Origin: an uncultured Candidatus Saccharibacteria bacterium
Lineage (GTDB): Bacteria; Patescibacteriota; Minisyncoccia; Phycocordibacterales; UBA1006
Direction: 5' to 3'
DNA length: 39,089 nucleotides
Assembly (NCBI GenBank): GCA_964605495.1
Contig: CAZSCW010000001.1
Span: forward strand, 4,843-43,931
Shown here: positions 17,763 to 25,949 of the stretch, piece by piece
Layout of the letters: every line of letters starts with the position of its first letter
Numbering within the stretch: position 1 is the stretch's first letter
Notes under the pieces: generated by a model
Told to the model about the DNA's origin: nothing
The model's database searches: none
The model's input: only the letters and a program-made list of their open reading frames with translations
Made by a program: the position numbers and the translations under genes

Positions 17763-18755
17763 ATGGAAATATTTATACAGGCAGTGATTATTATTGTTAT
17801 TACAGGGTTTTTTGCGATGTTGGAGGCTGCGTTGTTTACCGTATCCTTATCGCGTGCAAAAGTATTACAATCTCAGAAAAAAGCAGGAGCAGACGCATTG
17901 GTTACTGTGAAACAGTCTATGGCACGATCGATTTTTTTGTTGGTGGTGTTTATGAACGTATCAACAGTATTGGGAAGTATTATTTTAGGAAAACATGCCA
18001 GTGAGCAGTTTGAAGGTTCTCTTGGACTCATTTCATTTTTGATGACCGCTGGAATTATTTTATTTGGGGAACTTATCCCAAAAAGTATTGGTGATAAACA
18101 TGCAGAAACCCTTGGTAGATTTTTTGCGCCATTTATATTATTAATTACCAAATTGTTCAGTCCAATTGTGTGGGTATACGAAAAAGTAATTCACTTTTTA
18201 ATCGGGAATCATGTAACACCAGTTTCCGAGGATGATTTACGTATTTTATCTGAAACCAGTCATGCAGAGGGGAATATTGAACTTGATGAAAAAAATATTA
18301 TTTTGAATACGTTTCGTATGAACGATGTGTTGGCTCGTGATATTATGACACCGCGTACTGTTATCGAAGCATTAGAAGAAGGAAGTACCTTGGAAGAAGC
18401 GCTGATTGTTATTGGTGAAAAACCATATTCACGAATGCCAGTATATCGGGGAACCATTGATACTATTGTAGGTGTCGTAACATCAAAAGATATTTTACGA
18501 GGTTTGGCACGTGATGAGCATAAAGTCTTGATCAGTAAATATATTCAACCATGTACCTATGTGCCAGAAACAATGCGCGCAGATCACTTGTTAGCATTAT
18601 TTCAATCCAAGAAAATTCACTGTGCTATTGTTGTTGATGAGTTTAAAGGAACTGCAGGATTTATTACACTAGAGGATGTGTTGGAAGTATTAGTAGGGGA
18701 AATTATGGATGAAACAGATGAACACGAGGATCTCCGAAACATTATTAATGCATAA
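17763..18755 (+). CDS. CNNM/DUF21 + CBS-pair transporter-like protein (HlyC/CorC family without the CorC_HlyC tail)
   Basis: Four TM helices (DUF21), then tandem CBS (ARDIMTPRT..., VGVVTSKDIL...). Start at MEIFIQAV (17763). Confidence 0.85.
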   Translation: MEIFIQAVIIIVITGFFAMLEAALFTVSLSRAKVLQSQKKAGADALVTVKQSMARSIFLLVVFMNVSTVLGSIILGKHASEQFEGSLGLISFLMTAGIILFGELIPKSIGDKHAETLGRFFAPFILLITKLFSPIVWVYEKVIHFLIGNHVTPVSEDDLRILSETSHAEGNIELDEKNIILNTFRMNDVLARDIMTPRTVIEALEEGSTLEEALIVIGEKPYSRMPVYRGTIDTIVGVVTSKDILRGLARDEHKVLISKYIQPCTYVPETMRADHLLALFQSKKIHCAIVVDEFKGTAGFITLEDVLEVLVGEIMDETDEHEDLRNIINA

Positions 18756-18793
18756 ATATTAAAAAATCCAGACATAATTTGTCTGGATTTTGT

Positions 18794-19153
18794 TTAATGA
18801 ACTTCTAATGAATTAGATATTGCCTTATTTAGTTTGTTTTCTAGCTGGTGCATTTTTTCTATTAATTCACTACGTAGTCTGTATTGATCGCCTGTCGGTT
18901 TCAGATCCTTGTCATTAAAAATTTGATCCCGTATAAACTCATTTCTCAATTCTGTTGCATCTTTTAGTACCTTTTCTAAATAAGCAGGACCCAGCTTACC
19001 GGCTCGTTTTGCTTGACTATAAAGGTCTTTAATTTTCTTGCGCGTACTTTTTAGGAATACATCTATGTCATTTGTTGGTCGTAGCACCAATAGCGCCCTG
19101 ATTACTACATAGACAATGAATAATACGATGCCTCCAATAATTATTTTTTTCAT
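18794..19153 (-). CDS. membrane-anchored hypothetical protein
   Basis: 119 aa with N-terminal TM KKIIIGGIVLFIVYVVIRALLVL and a helical charged remainder. Confidence 0.6.
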   Translation of the reverse strand: MKKIIIGGIVLFIVYVVIRALLVLRPTNDIDVFLKSTRKKIKDLYSQAKRAGKLGPAYLEKVLKDATELRNEFIRDQIFNDKDLKPTGDQYRLRSELIEKMHQLENKLNKAISNSLEVH

Positions 19154-19243
19154 GTTGTTATTTTTTATATAAATAGCATTATATTATTCTTTTGTCAATG
19201 AATAAAATTAAATAATTACAAAAAATTTTTCGTAAAGAAGTTT

Positions 19244-20038
19244 TTATATATCTATATTTAACGACACAGGACAATGATCTGATCCCATAAATTCAGGATG
19301 AATGGATGAGTTCACTACTTTTGATTTTAATATTTTTGATACAAACCAATAATCAATACGCCAGCCAACATTTCGTGCACGGGCATTTGCAAAATGACTC
19401 CACCAACTGTAATGACCGTTACCTGTTGTAAACATACGAAAAGTATCAATAAATCCGGCTGCGTGTATTTTATCAATACCGGCACGTTCTTCGTCAGTAA
19501 ATCCATGTTCACCAATGTTTGCCTTCGGGTTGGCGAGATCATCAAATGTATGTGCAACATTTAAATCTCCGCAAAAAATTACAGGTTTTGTTTTCTCTAA
19601 TTCTTTGCAGTATTCCAAAAATGCAGGATCCCAATTTTTATCACGTAAATGTAAACGGCTGAGATCAGGTTTAGAATTTGGTGTATATACATTTACTACA
19701 AAACATTTTTTCAATTCGACAGCGATAACACGACCTTCAGTATTTGGATCACCATATTGATCTGTCAGTGTATATTTTTTAATAATATGTTCTGGGAAAT
19801 CTAATAATATATTTATTGGTTTTTCTTTGGTAAATATTGCAGTTCCACTGTAACCCTTTTTTGCCGCTGAATTCCAATACTCATGATAATCAGGCAAATC
19901 AAGAGGGGATTCGTGTTGCATTGCTTTTGTTTCTTGTAAACAAATAACATCAGGTTTTAATTGCTCAACCATTGGAATGAATAAATTTTTTTTATGAACT
20001 GCACGTATTCCGTTTACATTCCAAGAAACTAGTTTCAT
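19244..20038 (-). CDS. xth: exodeoxyribonuclease III
   Basis: MKLVSWNVNGIRA, CLQETK, FCGDLNVAH, SDHCPV motifs. Start at 20038, not the 20257 track start. Confidence 0.9.
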   Translation of the reverse strand: MKLVSWNVNGIRAVHKKNLFIPMVEQLKPDVICLQETKAMQHESPLDLPDYHEYWNSAAKKGYSGTAIFTKEKPINILLDFPEHIIKKYTLTDQYGDPNTEGRVIAVELKKCFVVNVYTPNSKPDLSRLHLRDKNWDPAFLEYCKELEKTKPVIFCGDLNVAHTFDDLANPKANIGEHGFTDEERAGIDKIHAAGFIDTFRMFTTGNGHYSWWSHFANARARNVGWRIDYWFVSKILKSKVVNSSIHPEFMGSDHCPVSLNIDI

Positions 20039-20136
20039 ATGAATAACTATAACATGATGGTGTAATGATAGAGACTTGATTATATCCAATACTCGTGCTA
20101 TTGTCTGCATGAATTTAAAACCAAAAATATAAGAAC

Positions 20137-20493
20137 ATGAGCCAAAAGATTGTTGAAAACGAGTTCCATCAGATCTGGAAACAGGTAGACGAATTACTTC
20201 CTGAAGCATTGAATCGAAAAAGCGCCGCCGAAGTTGTAAAAACTGAAGGTTTGGCAAATTTGGATGTTTTCTTTAATGAACACAGAAAAACTGTCAAAGA
20301 GTTACTCAGCGACTCTGTAAAAGCAATAACAGCTGAACAGGAAAGTTATTTAGAAAAATTGTATGATGACATTGTTGAACTAATTGAAAATTGTATTCCA
20401 GAGAAAGGAGGCTACAACTGTAAGCAAAAAGTAAAATATAAAGAAATCGTTATTATCTTTATTGCTTGCTTTAAAAAATGGAAAATTTACTAA
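20137..20493 (+). CDS. hypothetical protein
   Basis: 118-aa ORF with an ATG start and helical acidic sequence. No family recognised. Confidence 0.5.
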   Translation: MSQKIVENEFHQIWKQVDELLPEALNRKSAAEVVKTEGLANLDVFFNEHRKTVKELLSDSVKAITAEQESYLEKLYDDIVELIENCIPEKGGYNCKQKVKYKEIVIIFIACFKKWKIY

Positions 20494-20535
20494 AATATAA
20501 ACCTCGACATGTGTCGGGGTTTACCTATAGCCGTA

Positions 20536-20726
20536 TTGACTCATTGGACCGTTTTTGCTATTGTCTCATTTCGTGAGTGACCAGTGGGGAAACTGTCAGA
20601 CTTATGTTGTTCTTTAAAAAACCGAAAACTAGATTACCGTCCTGTTGGCCTGACAAGTCATTATGCATTTTAGTACAATTACGTTTTGAAAAACCCTTAC
20701 CATTTCTGGTAGGGGTTTATTTTTTT
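20536..20726 (+). ncRNA. candidate small RNA unit (promoter to terminator)
   Basis: TTGACT(20536)-17 nt-TATTGT(20559), then ~150 nt with no ORF, ending in the hairpin AAACCCTTACC/GGTAGGGGTTT plus a T-run (20691-20726). It contains the CTCA-tttcg-TGAG hairpin and the TGTTCTTTAAAA motif shared with the island modules. Confidence 0.3.
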
Positions 20727-21379
20727 CTGAATAATGTGAATAATAATACAAGCTTATCACCAGGATCACTTCTAATTTCAAATGTATGGTTTTTTTGATC
20801 CACTACTTCAAAACCATTTTTTTCAAATAAAGGATTTAATACTTCTGGTGAAAAGAAATAATAGGAGACACCAAATTTCGTATAAGGTGATTGGTTGTTC
20901 ATTTTTGGAGTAAATCCTAAAAATCGAGGTGTTTCAGATGAAAGTGTGATCGACAGTACATAACCATTTTGTTCAGTAACTCGATATAATTCTGAAAGAT
21001 ATTGACCCCATTGATCGATTTTCAAATGTTGCATAACACCAATTTCTGTAATCAAAGGAAAACTACTATCGGTAAACGGTAAATCAGTTGCGTATCCATG
21101 AACGAACCGAGCTTTTTCCGCATAGGCATGGAGCTTGATATCTGCATTCACCTTATCAACGATAGTACGAACATAATCAAGTCCAATAACACGAAACCCG
21201 TGCTCGATTAATTTGAATGCCCAAACGCCGCGACCAGATCCAATATCCAGCACAATACTGTTTGGAGCGACTGTAGGAAGCATGTCGAGAGCTATTTGAT
21301 GATACGGTGTTTGTGTCCAGATATCAGAACCTGTGCGATATGCCGTATCAAAATACTGATGTTGAGATTCAGGAGTCAT
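20717..21379 (-). CDS. class I SAM-dependent methyltransferase
   Basis: VLDIGSGRGVWAFKLIEHGFRVIGLDY (motif I / post-I). Start at MTPESQHQ (21379). Confidence 0.85.
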   Translation of the reverse strand: MTPESQHQYFDTAYRTGSDIWTQTPYHQIALDMLPTVAPNSIVLDIGSGRGVWAFKLIEHGFRVIGLDYVRTIVDKVNADIKLHAYAEKARFVHGYATDLPFTDSSFPLITEIGVMQHLKIDQWGQYLSELYRVTEQNGYVLSITLSSETPRFLGFTPKMNNQSPYTKFGVSYYFFSPEVLNPLFEKNGFEVVDQKNHTFEIRSDPGDKLVLLFTLFRKK

Positions 21380-21529
21380 TACTACTATTATAGACAATGC
21401 AAAATAATTGTCACGAAAGATCATTTGTATTTATTGTGTGGTTTAAATTTAAAGTTAGAATCCGTTCGGAAAACATTGACTTTGGGTACTTTTTCTGGTA
21501 TTAGTGTGTCTAAATAAAAAAGAAAAAAC

Positions 21530-22078
21530 ATGAAAAGAAAAGCGCAAGTATTGAGAATTTTGCTCGTAAATTTTGGCACAGAAAAAAGCCCTTGGAATTT
21601 ATTTTGTGGTATTGATCAATACCGGGTAGTATTTTTTAAGTACCTTGAAATGTTTTCATTACCCGCACAAGGTTCGATAAACACACAGATTATCTTTTTC
21701 CGTAATGGTGAAATAATTAATTCATTGATCCCCTATATCAGCGGGGAACATGGAGCACCATTTCGATTGGAAATTGGAAAACATCCGGTACATGCAAAAT
21801 TCCCACTCTATGAATCATCAAAAATTTTCTCTGGAGATTTTACTGAAGGTGATATTATTGAAATCTATAAAAAAGACTGGGAACTAGACGATAATCCGTT
21901 ATCATTGGTTTCAACTCATCGGTCTGTTGGGCATGATTTTCATTTTGTTTTTCATGGTGATGAAATTGCACAAAAAATCGTACAATTTTCAGGTATGACC
22001 TATGGTGATCTTTCAGAAAAATCTGTAATCTTTGAAAACAGGCCAGGTGAATCTAAAAGATACATTTCGCATTATTAA
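21530..22078 (+). CDS. hypothetical protein
   Basis: 182-aa ORF directly upstream of the XRE gene (10-nt gap). No family recognised. Confidence 0.55.
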   Translation: MKRKAQVLRILLVNFGTEKSPWNLFCGIDQYRVVFFKYLEMFSLPAQGSINTQIIFFRNGEIINSLIPYISGEHGAPFRLEIGKHPVHAKFPLYESSKIFSGDFTEGDIIEIYKKDWELDDNPLSLVSTHRSVGHDFHFVFHGDEIAQKIVQFSGMTYGDLSEKSVIFENRPGESKRYISHY

Positions 22079-22087
22079 ATAATAACA

Positions 22088-22375
22088 ATGACAAAGGAAG
22101 GAAATATTTTTAAGAAAATACGAACAGATCGTGGGATTAAACAAAATTTCGTAGCTGATAAAATTAACTTTTCAAAAGAATATCTTTCCAATTTGGAGAA
22201 TGATGAAAAGCCGATGAGTTTAGAAGCTGCAAAGAGGCTCCTTAATTTTTATACCAGCGGTGAATGTAAAAAACTTACTGTTGCAGAGATAGAAGAGATC
22301 CACGTATTTCTTTTTGGGAAAAATGTAATGGAAAATTTTGTATCTACCATACAAAACAAAAGCACTCATTATTGA
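22088..22375 (+). CDS. XRE-family helix-turn-helix transcriptional regulator
   Basis: IRTDRGIKQNFVADKINFSKEYLSNLENDEK is a typical HTH_3 pattern. 95 aa. Confidence 0.75.
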   Translation: MTKEGNIFKKIRTDRGIKQNFVADKINFSKEYLSNLENDEKPMSLEAAKRLLNFYTSGECKKLTVAEIEEIHVFLFGKNVMENFVSTIQNKSTHY

Positions 22376-22384
22376 GTGCTTTTT
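22357..22384. terminator. bidirectional terminator between the XRE and xer genes
   Basis: AGCACTCA ttat TGAGTGCT with flanking A/T runs. Confidence 0.6.
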
Positions 22385-22415
22385 ATTTATTAAAAATTTT
22401 TTCAAAAGCAACGGG

Positions 22416-23378
22416 TTATTTCCCATGAAATTTCTTATGAACCTCGCGCAATTGTTTGTCAGTCACGTGTGTATAGACTTGGGTCGTTGCAATGTTCGCA
22501 TGGCCGAGCATCATCTGGACTGATCGAATGTCAGCGCCATTGGAAAGTAAATCAGTTGCAAAACTATGGCGTAGAACATGCGGTGTTACGCGCTTTGAAA
22601 TTCCCGCAACAGTCGCGTAATGTTTTACAATACGTTCGATGGATCGTGGAGTCAGTCGCATATCAGCAGATGATTTTGCAGATACGTTTACGAACATTGG
22701 TTCGGCAAAATCCTTGCGGACACTTAAATATTTTTTTATTGCATCACGCGCGCGATCTGAAATAAATACCACACGAACCTTATCACCTTTTCCTCGAATT
22801 GAAAATTCATCTTTACTTAAATCTAATCCTCGGTTCAGGGAACATAATTCTGACAGACGAAGTCCAGTAGAAAAAAATAATTCAAGTAATGCACGATCGC
22901 GGTAACGAACAATATTTTTTTCATCTTGTTTTTTTTCAGATTTTGGATTTGTTAAATTTTGCATCATTGGCGCCTTTAAAAATCTTTTTAGTTCATCACC
23001 TGACAACGGATCAATATCACGTGATCCAGTTTTGGCCAGTTCAATAGCATCTGGGGTCAGTGCCTCGATCCCACGTTTTCTCAAATATTTTAAAAACGAA
23101 CGCAGTGCAATCAGATAATAATTTTGCGTCGCCTTTTTCATAGTTCCTTGTGATTGGCCTTTTACTTTCACACCCTTGGAACGATTCAGGTGTAATCTGA
23201 ACTCTCTTAAAATATTTTCATTAATATCTGAAACATGTTGAATTTTCCCAAACTCAAAAAAAACATCCAAATAATGTTCGTAGTTACGAACAGTGTTTAA
23301 CGCACGTCCACGTTCGATTTCAACATATTCTAAAAATTGTCTTTTGAGATCTGTAATAGTCATATTGTTTTTTTTCAT
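22416..23378 (-). CDS. tyrosine recombinase XerC/XerD-like
   Basis: N-terminal SAM-like domain and catalytic HVLRHSFATDLLSNGADIRSVQMMLGHANIATTQVYTHV. The start could be 23378 or 23363. Confidence 0.9.
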   Translation of the reverse strand: MKKNNMTITDLKRQFLEYVEIERGRALNTVRNYEHYLDVFFEFGKIQHVSDINENILREFRLHLNRSKGVKVKGQSQGTMKKATQNYYLIALRSFLKYLRKRGIEALTPDAIELAKTGSRDIDPLSGDELKRFLKAPMMQNLTNPKSEKKQDEKNIVRYRDRALLELFFSTGLRLSELCSLNRGLDLSKDEFSIRGKGDKVRVVFISDRARDAIKKYLSVRKDFAEPMFVNVSAKSSADMRLTPRSIERIVKHYATVAGISKRVTPHVLRHSFATDLLSNGADIRSVQMMLGHANIATTQVYTHVTDKQLREVHKKFHGK

Positions 23379-23407
23379 TATATCACAATTTGGCATGCTA
23401 AAAATTT

Positions 23408-25135
23408 ATGAGAAATTTTGTGTCATGGTATACTGTTATCAATATGATGCCGTCTGCAGCAAAACAACAACAGCAAACTGTTGTAAAAAATGGAACCACT
23501 ACGACTACTACGACGGTTATTACCAACCAGTCTACTTTAGACAATACAAAATTTACTCAGGCAGAACTCGGGACACGCAGTTTTGCGCGCACAGTTGAAA
23601 AAAATATTGCAGAAATGAATAAGAAAAAAGGTGAAGTATCTACCAGTACTCTTTCAGAAATTAAACCGCACGAGGTTTCACACATTCCTGATGATTTAAC
23701 TTTTGGTTCAACGACTGATGCTAGTCAGTTACCCCAGACAGTAATAGATATACTTGCGTTTCACGGGATTACGTTTAGCGAGGGTGACCGAGTTATTCAT
23801 ATTCCTAGCGCAAAATATTTTAGTATTTCAAAGATGGAAGGTGAAGTAAAAACATATCGAACCTTTTCATTAGATGAAGATATTGTACCGCCGGAACCAG
23901 AACCAACTGCAGAATCTATTATCGAGGAGTCCGCAGAGATAGTAGTACCTGAAACAGAAGTTTCTGTAGCTTCAGATAGTGCCCAACCACTCAACACTGA
24001 TACTCTACAAAACAATACAACTGTTTCACAAAACACTGTACCCGTTATTTCACAAAACACACAAACCAATACATTGGGAACTATCGGCGTTTCACAGTCA
24101 GTAGGATCAGTAATTAGTGAGCCAACAGTACCAGAAAACTTCATGTCGCAATTTGCTTCAGGAGGTCCAACATCCGATCATTCTGAACCTGCAACACAAA
24201 CAGTAGTTACGCCTACGAAAGAAATTTCAACTGTTTCACAGGAGATAGTATCTGAAACTGCTGGATTATCACCACTGCAAATAAAACTTGAACAAACGCG
24301 CAGAGCGTCCAATCGAGAGCGCGATGCATACTTTGCAAATAGATACATTAATTCAATTACAGGAACAATTACAGAATTATTTGGTAGTAATACATTAATT
24401 CAATCAGAGTTATTTAAAACAATTCAAGATTATGACACAGCACGTAGAGCTATCTTGGTAGAGATGGGTACCACAAAAAAAACGTTTCATGAGGTAGTCA
24501 GTTGGGTGAAACAGGAACAAATTGAAATTGCTCATTTATTTTCACACCAGAAGAATCAATTATTTACGAAACTTGCAAAAGTGTTTCACTTGTCAGTACC
24601 AAGTATAATCGAAACACGAACAGGTGCTGCTCCAATGGTTTCACAGACATCGGTGTCAGTAATGAGTCAGAAATTAGGATTAGTGCCACATGTAGAAACA
24701 GGTCCCGCATGGAGTTATTTATTTAGTGTAGAACGTCCCGTAAAATTAGATTTTACAAAGACTGTGTTGGCAACAACTACCGTTAATACAGATTCATTAA
24801 GTAATACTAGTGTATCAAATATTCCCACCCCGCAGGCTAGTATTGTTACTGTGGAGCAATCTAAAAAAGTTGATCGTGCAAAACTTTATAATAAAATCCA
24901 CGATGCTGCTGTGTCTGTTTGGTTAATTAATAAAGAAATTAAACCAATCACAGAGTCAATTTCTGAAGAGGTGATAAAAGAACCAGTTGTTTCAGAACAG
25001 ATAGCCCCAGAAGAAAAACCAAAATCTGTTTCACGACCAATGGCAGCTATTAGTTTCCAACCAGAACCAGATGATGAGCCTACTGTCGATATGAACTCAC
25101 CCATGAAACAGCACCCCGAAGAATTATTTATTTAA
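23408..25135 (+). CDS. hypothetical T/S/Q/V-rich protein studded with GTTTCAC half-sites
   Basis: 575-aa ORF (alternative start 23444). Low-complexity N-half. No family recognised. Confidence 0.65.
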   Translation: MRNFVSWYTVINMMPSAAKQQQQTVVKNGTTTTTTTVITNQSTLDNTKFTQAELGTRSFARTVEKNIAEMNKKKGEVSTSTLSEIKPHEVSHIPDDLTFGSTTDASQLPQTVIDILAFHGITFSEGDRVIHIPSAKYFSISKMEGEVKTYRTFSLDEDIVPPEPEPTAESIIEESAEIVVPETEVSVASDSAQPLNTDTLQNNTTVSQNTVPVISQNTQTNTLGTIGVSQSVGSVISEPTVPENFMSQFASGGPTSDHSEPATQTVVTPTKEISTVSQEIVSETAGLSPLQIKLEQTRRASNRERDAYFANRYINSITGTITELFGSNTLIQSELFKTIQDYDTARRAILVEMGTTKKTFHEVVSWVKQEQIEIAHLFSHQKNQLFTKLAKVFHLSVPSIIETRTGAAPMVSQTSVSVMSQKLGLVPHVETGPAWSYLFSVERPVKLDFTKTVLATTTVNTDSLSNTSVSNIPTPQASIVTVEQSKKVDRAKLYNKIHDAAVSVWLINKEIKPITESISEEVIKEPVVSEQIAPEEKPKSVSRPMAAISFQPEPDDEPTVDMNSPMKQHPEELFI

Positions 25136-25148
25136 TCATATTTATATT

Positions 25149-25454
25149 ATGGATGCATCAACATTTCGCTCTACGATTATCAAGGAGTTTGAATTACAAA
25201 ACTTATCAGTAGATGAACAATCTGATTACGTAAATCAGATTGGGGAACTGGTATTGCAAGGGGTGATTATTAAATCACTATCTGCAATGGATACTAATCA
25301 TGCGGCTGAACTTGATCAAATTATTGATCAAGGAAAAGAGGCTCATGAAATTATGCATTATTTGGAATCAACCATTCCTGGTTTTCCAGATTTGGTTCGT
25401 GATGAAATACAGGCAATCAAACTAGATTTAAAAACAGGTATGGGTCAGGTTTAG
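25149..25454 (+). CDS. hypothetical protein
   Basis: 101-aa helical acidic ORF, 13 nt after the preceding gene. Confidence 0.6.
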   Translation: MDASTFRSTIIKEFELQNLSVDEQSDYVNQIGELVLQGVIIKSLSAMDTNHAAELDQIIDQGKEAHEIMHYLESTIPGFPDLVRDEIQAIKLDLKTGMGQV

Positions 25455-25456
25455 TT

Positions 25457-25487
25457 AAAAAACACTCAATATAATTGAGTGTTTTTT
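25457..25487 (+). terminator. intrinsic terminator
   Basis: AAAAAACACTCAAT ata ATTGAGTGTTTTTT. Confidence 0.8.
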
Positions 25488-25582
25488 AATAAAAAATCCA
25501 ACCACTAAAAAGAGTGATTGGATGGATTTGATGATTCTGACTCCCTGTATTTTTCTAGTATCAGTGTATCATATTAAGGTAC

Positions 25583-25679
25583 TTGACTATTTTCTTAGAT
25601 AGGCTATACTATTGATAGGGTTTTTATGTTCCTAGACTTTAGGGTTTGGTCAGTCTGCAATGGACTGGCCAATTTTTTT
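25583..25679 (+). ncRNA. candidate sRNA unit 1
   Basis: TTGACT(25583)-16 nt-TATACT(25605), then ~60 nt, then the terminator TTGGTCAGTC/GACTGGCCAA plus T7 (25646-25679). Confidence 0.3.
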
Positions 25680-25684
25680 ACCTA

Positions 25685-25806
25685 TTGACTTATTTTTCAG
25701 AAATAGTATCCTCGTAAAAAGGTACTCTAATAATTGTTTTCAGCAATTTGGTTTTCATAGTTTTATGGTTTTTGGGCCCAACGAGCTTTTAGTTCGTTGG
25801 GTTTTT
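25685..25806 (+). ncRNA. candidate sRNA unit 2
   Basis: TTGACT(25685)-16 nt-TATCCT(25707), then ~85 nt, then the terminator CCCAACGA/TCGTTGGG plus T5 (25777-25806). Confidence 0.3.
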
Positions 25807-25827
25807 ATTTGGCTTATATTTTGTTTC

Positions 25828-25904
25828 TATAATACAATAGAACTAACCCCACATTTTTAAATAGTTAGTTTAGTAGGCACCACGTTATATACGTGGTGTT
25901 TTTT
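25828..25904 (+). ncRNA. candidate sRNA unit 3
   Basis: TATAAT(25828) with a weak -35, then the terminator CACCACGT tatat ACGTGGTG plus T6 (25878-25904). It overlaps the 5' end of track ORF 25893, so pcrA must start downstream. Confidence 0.25.
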
Positions 25905-25949
25905 ATTTTCAATTTTGGAACCATGGCACACAGTGTTATACTCATACAC

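Noticed and set aside
22416-23378. The tyrosine recombinase plus XRE regulator as a prophage or integrative-element boundary
   Set aside because: No flanking direct repeats, no tRNA-adjacent att site and no phage genes were seen. The protein has the full XerC/D-like motif set, so a housekeeping dif recombinase is the simpler reading.
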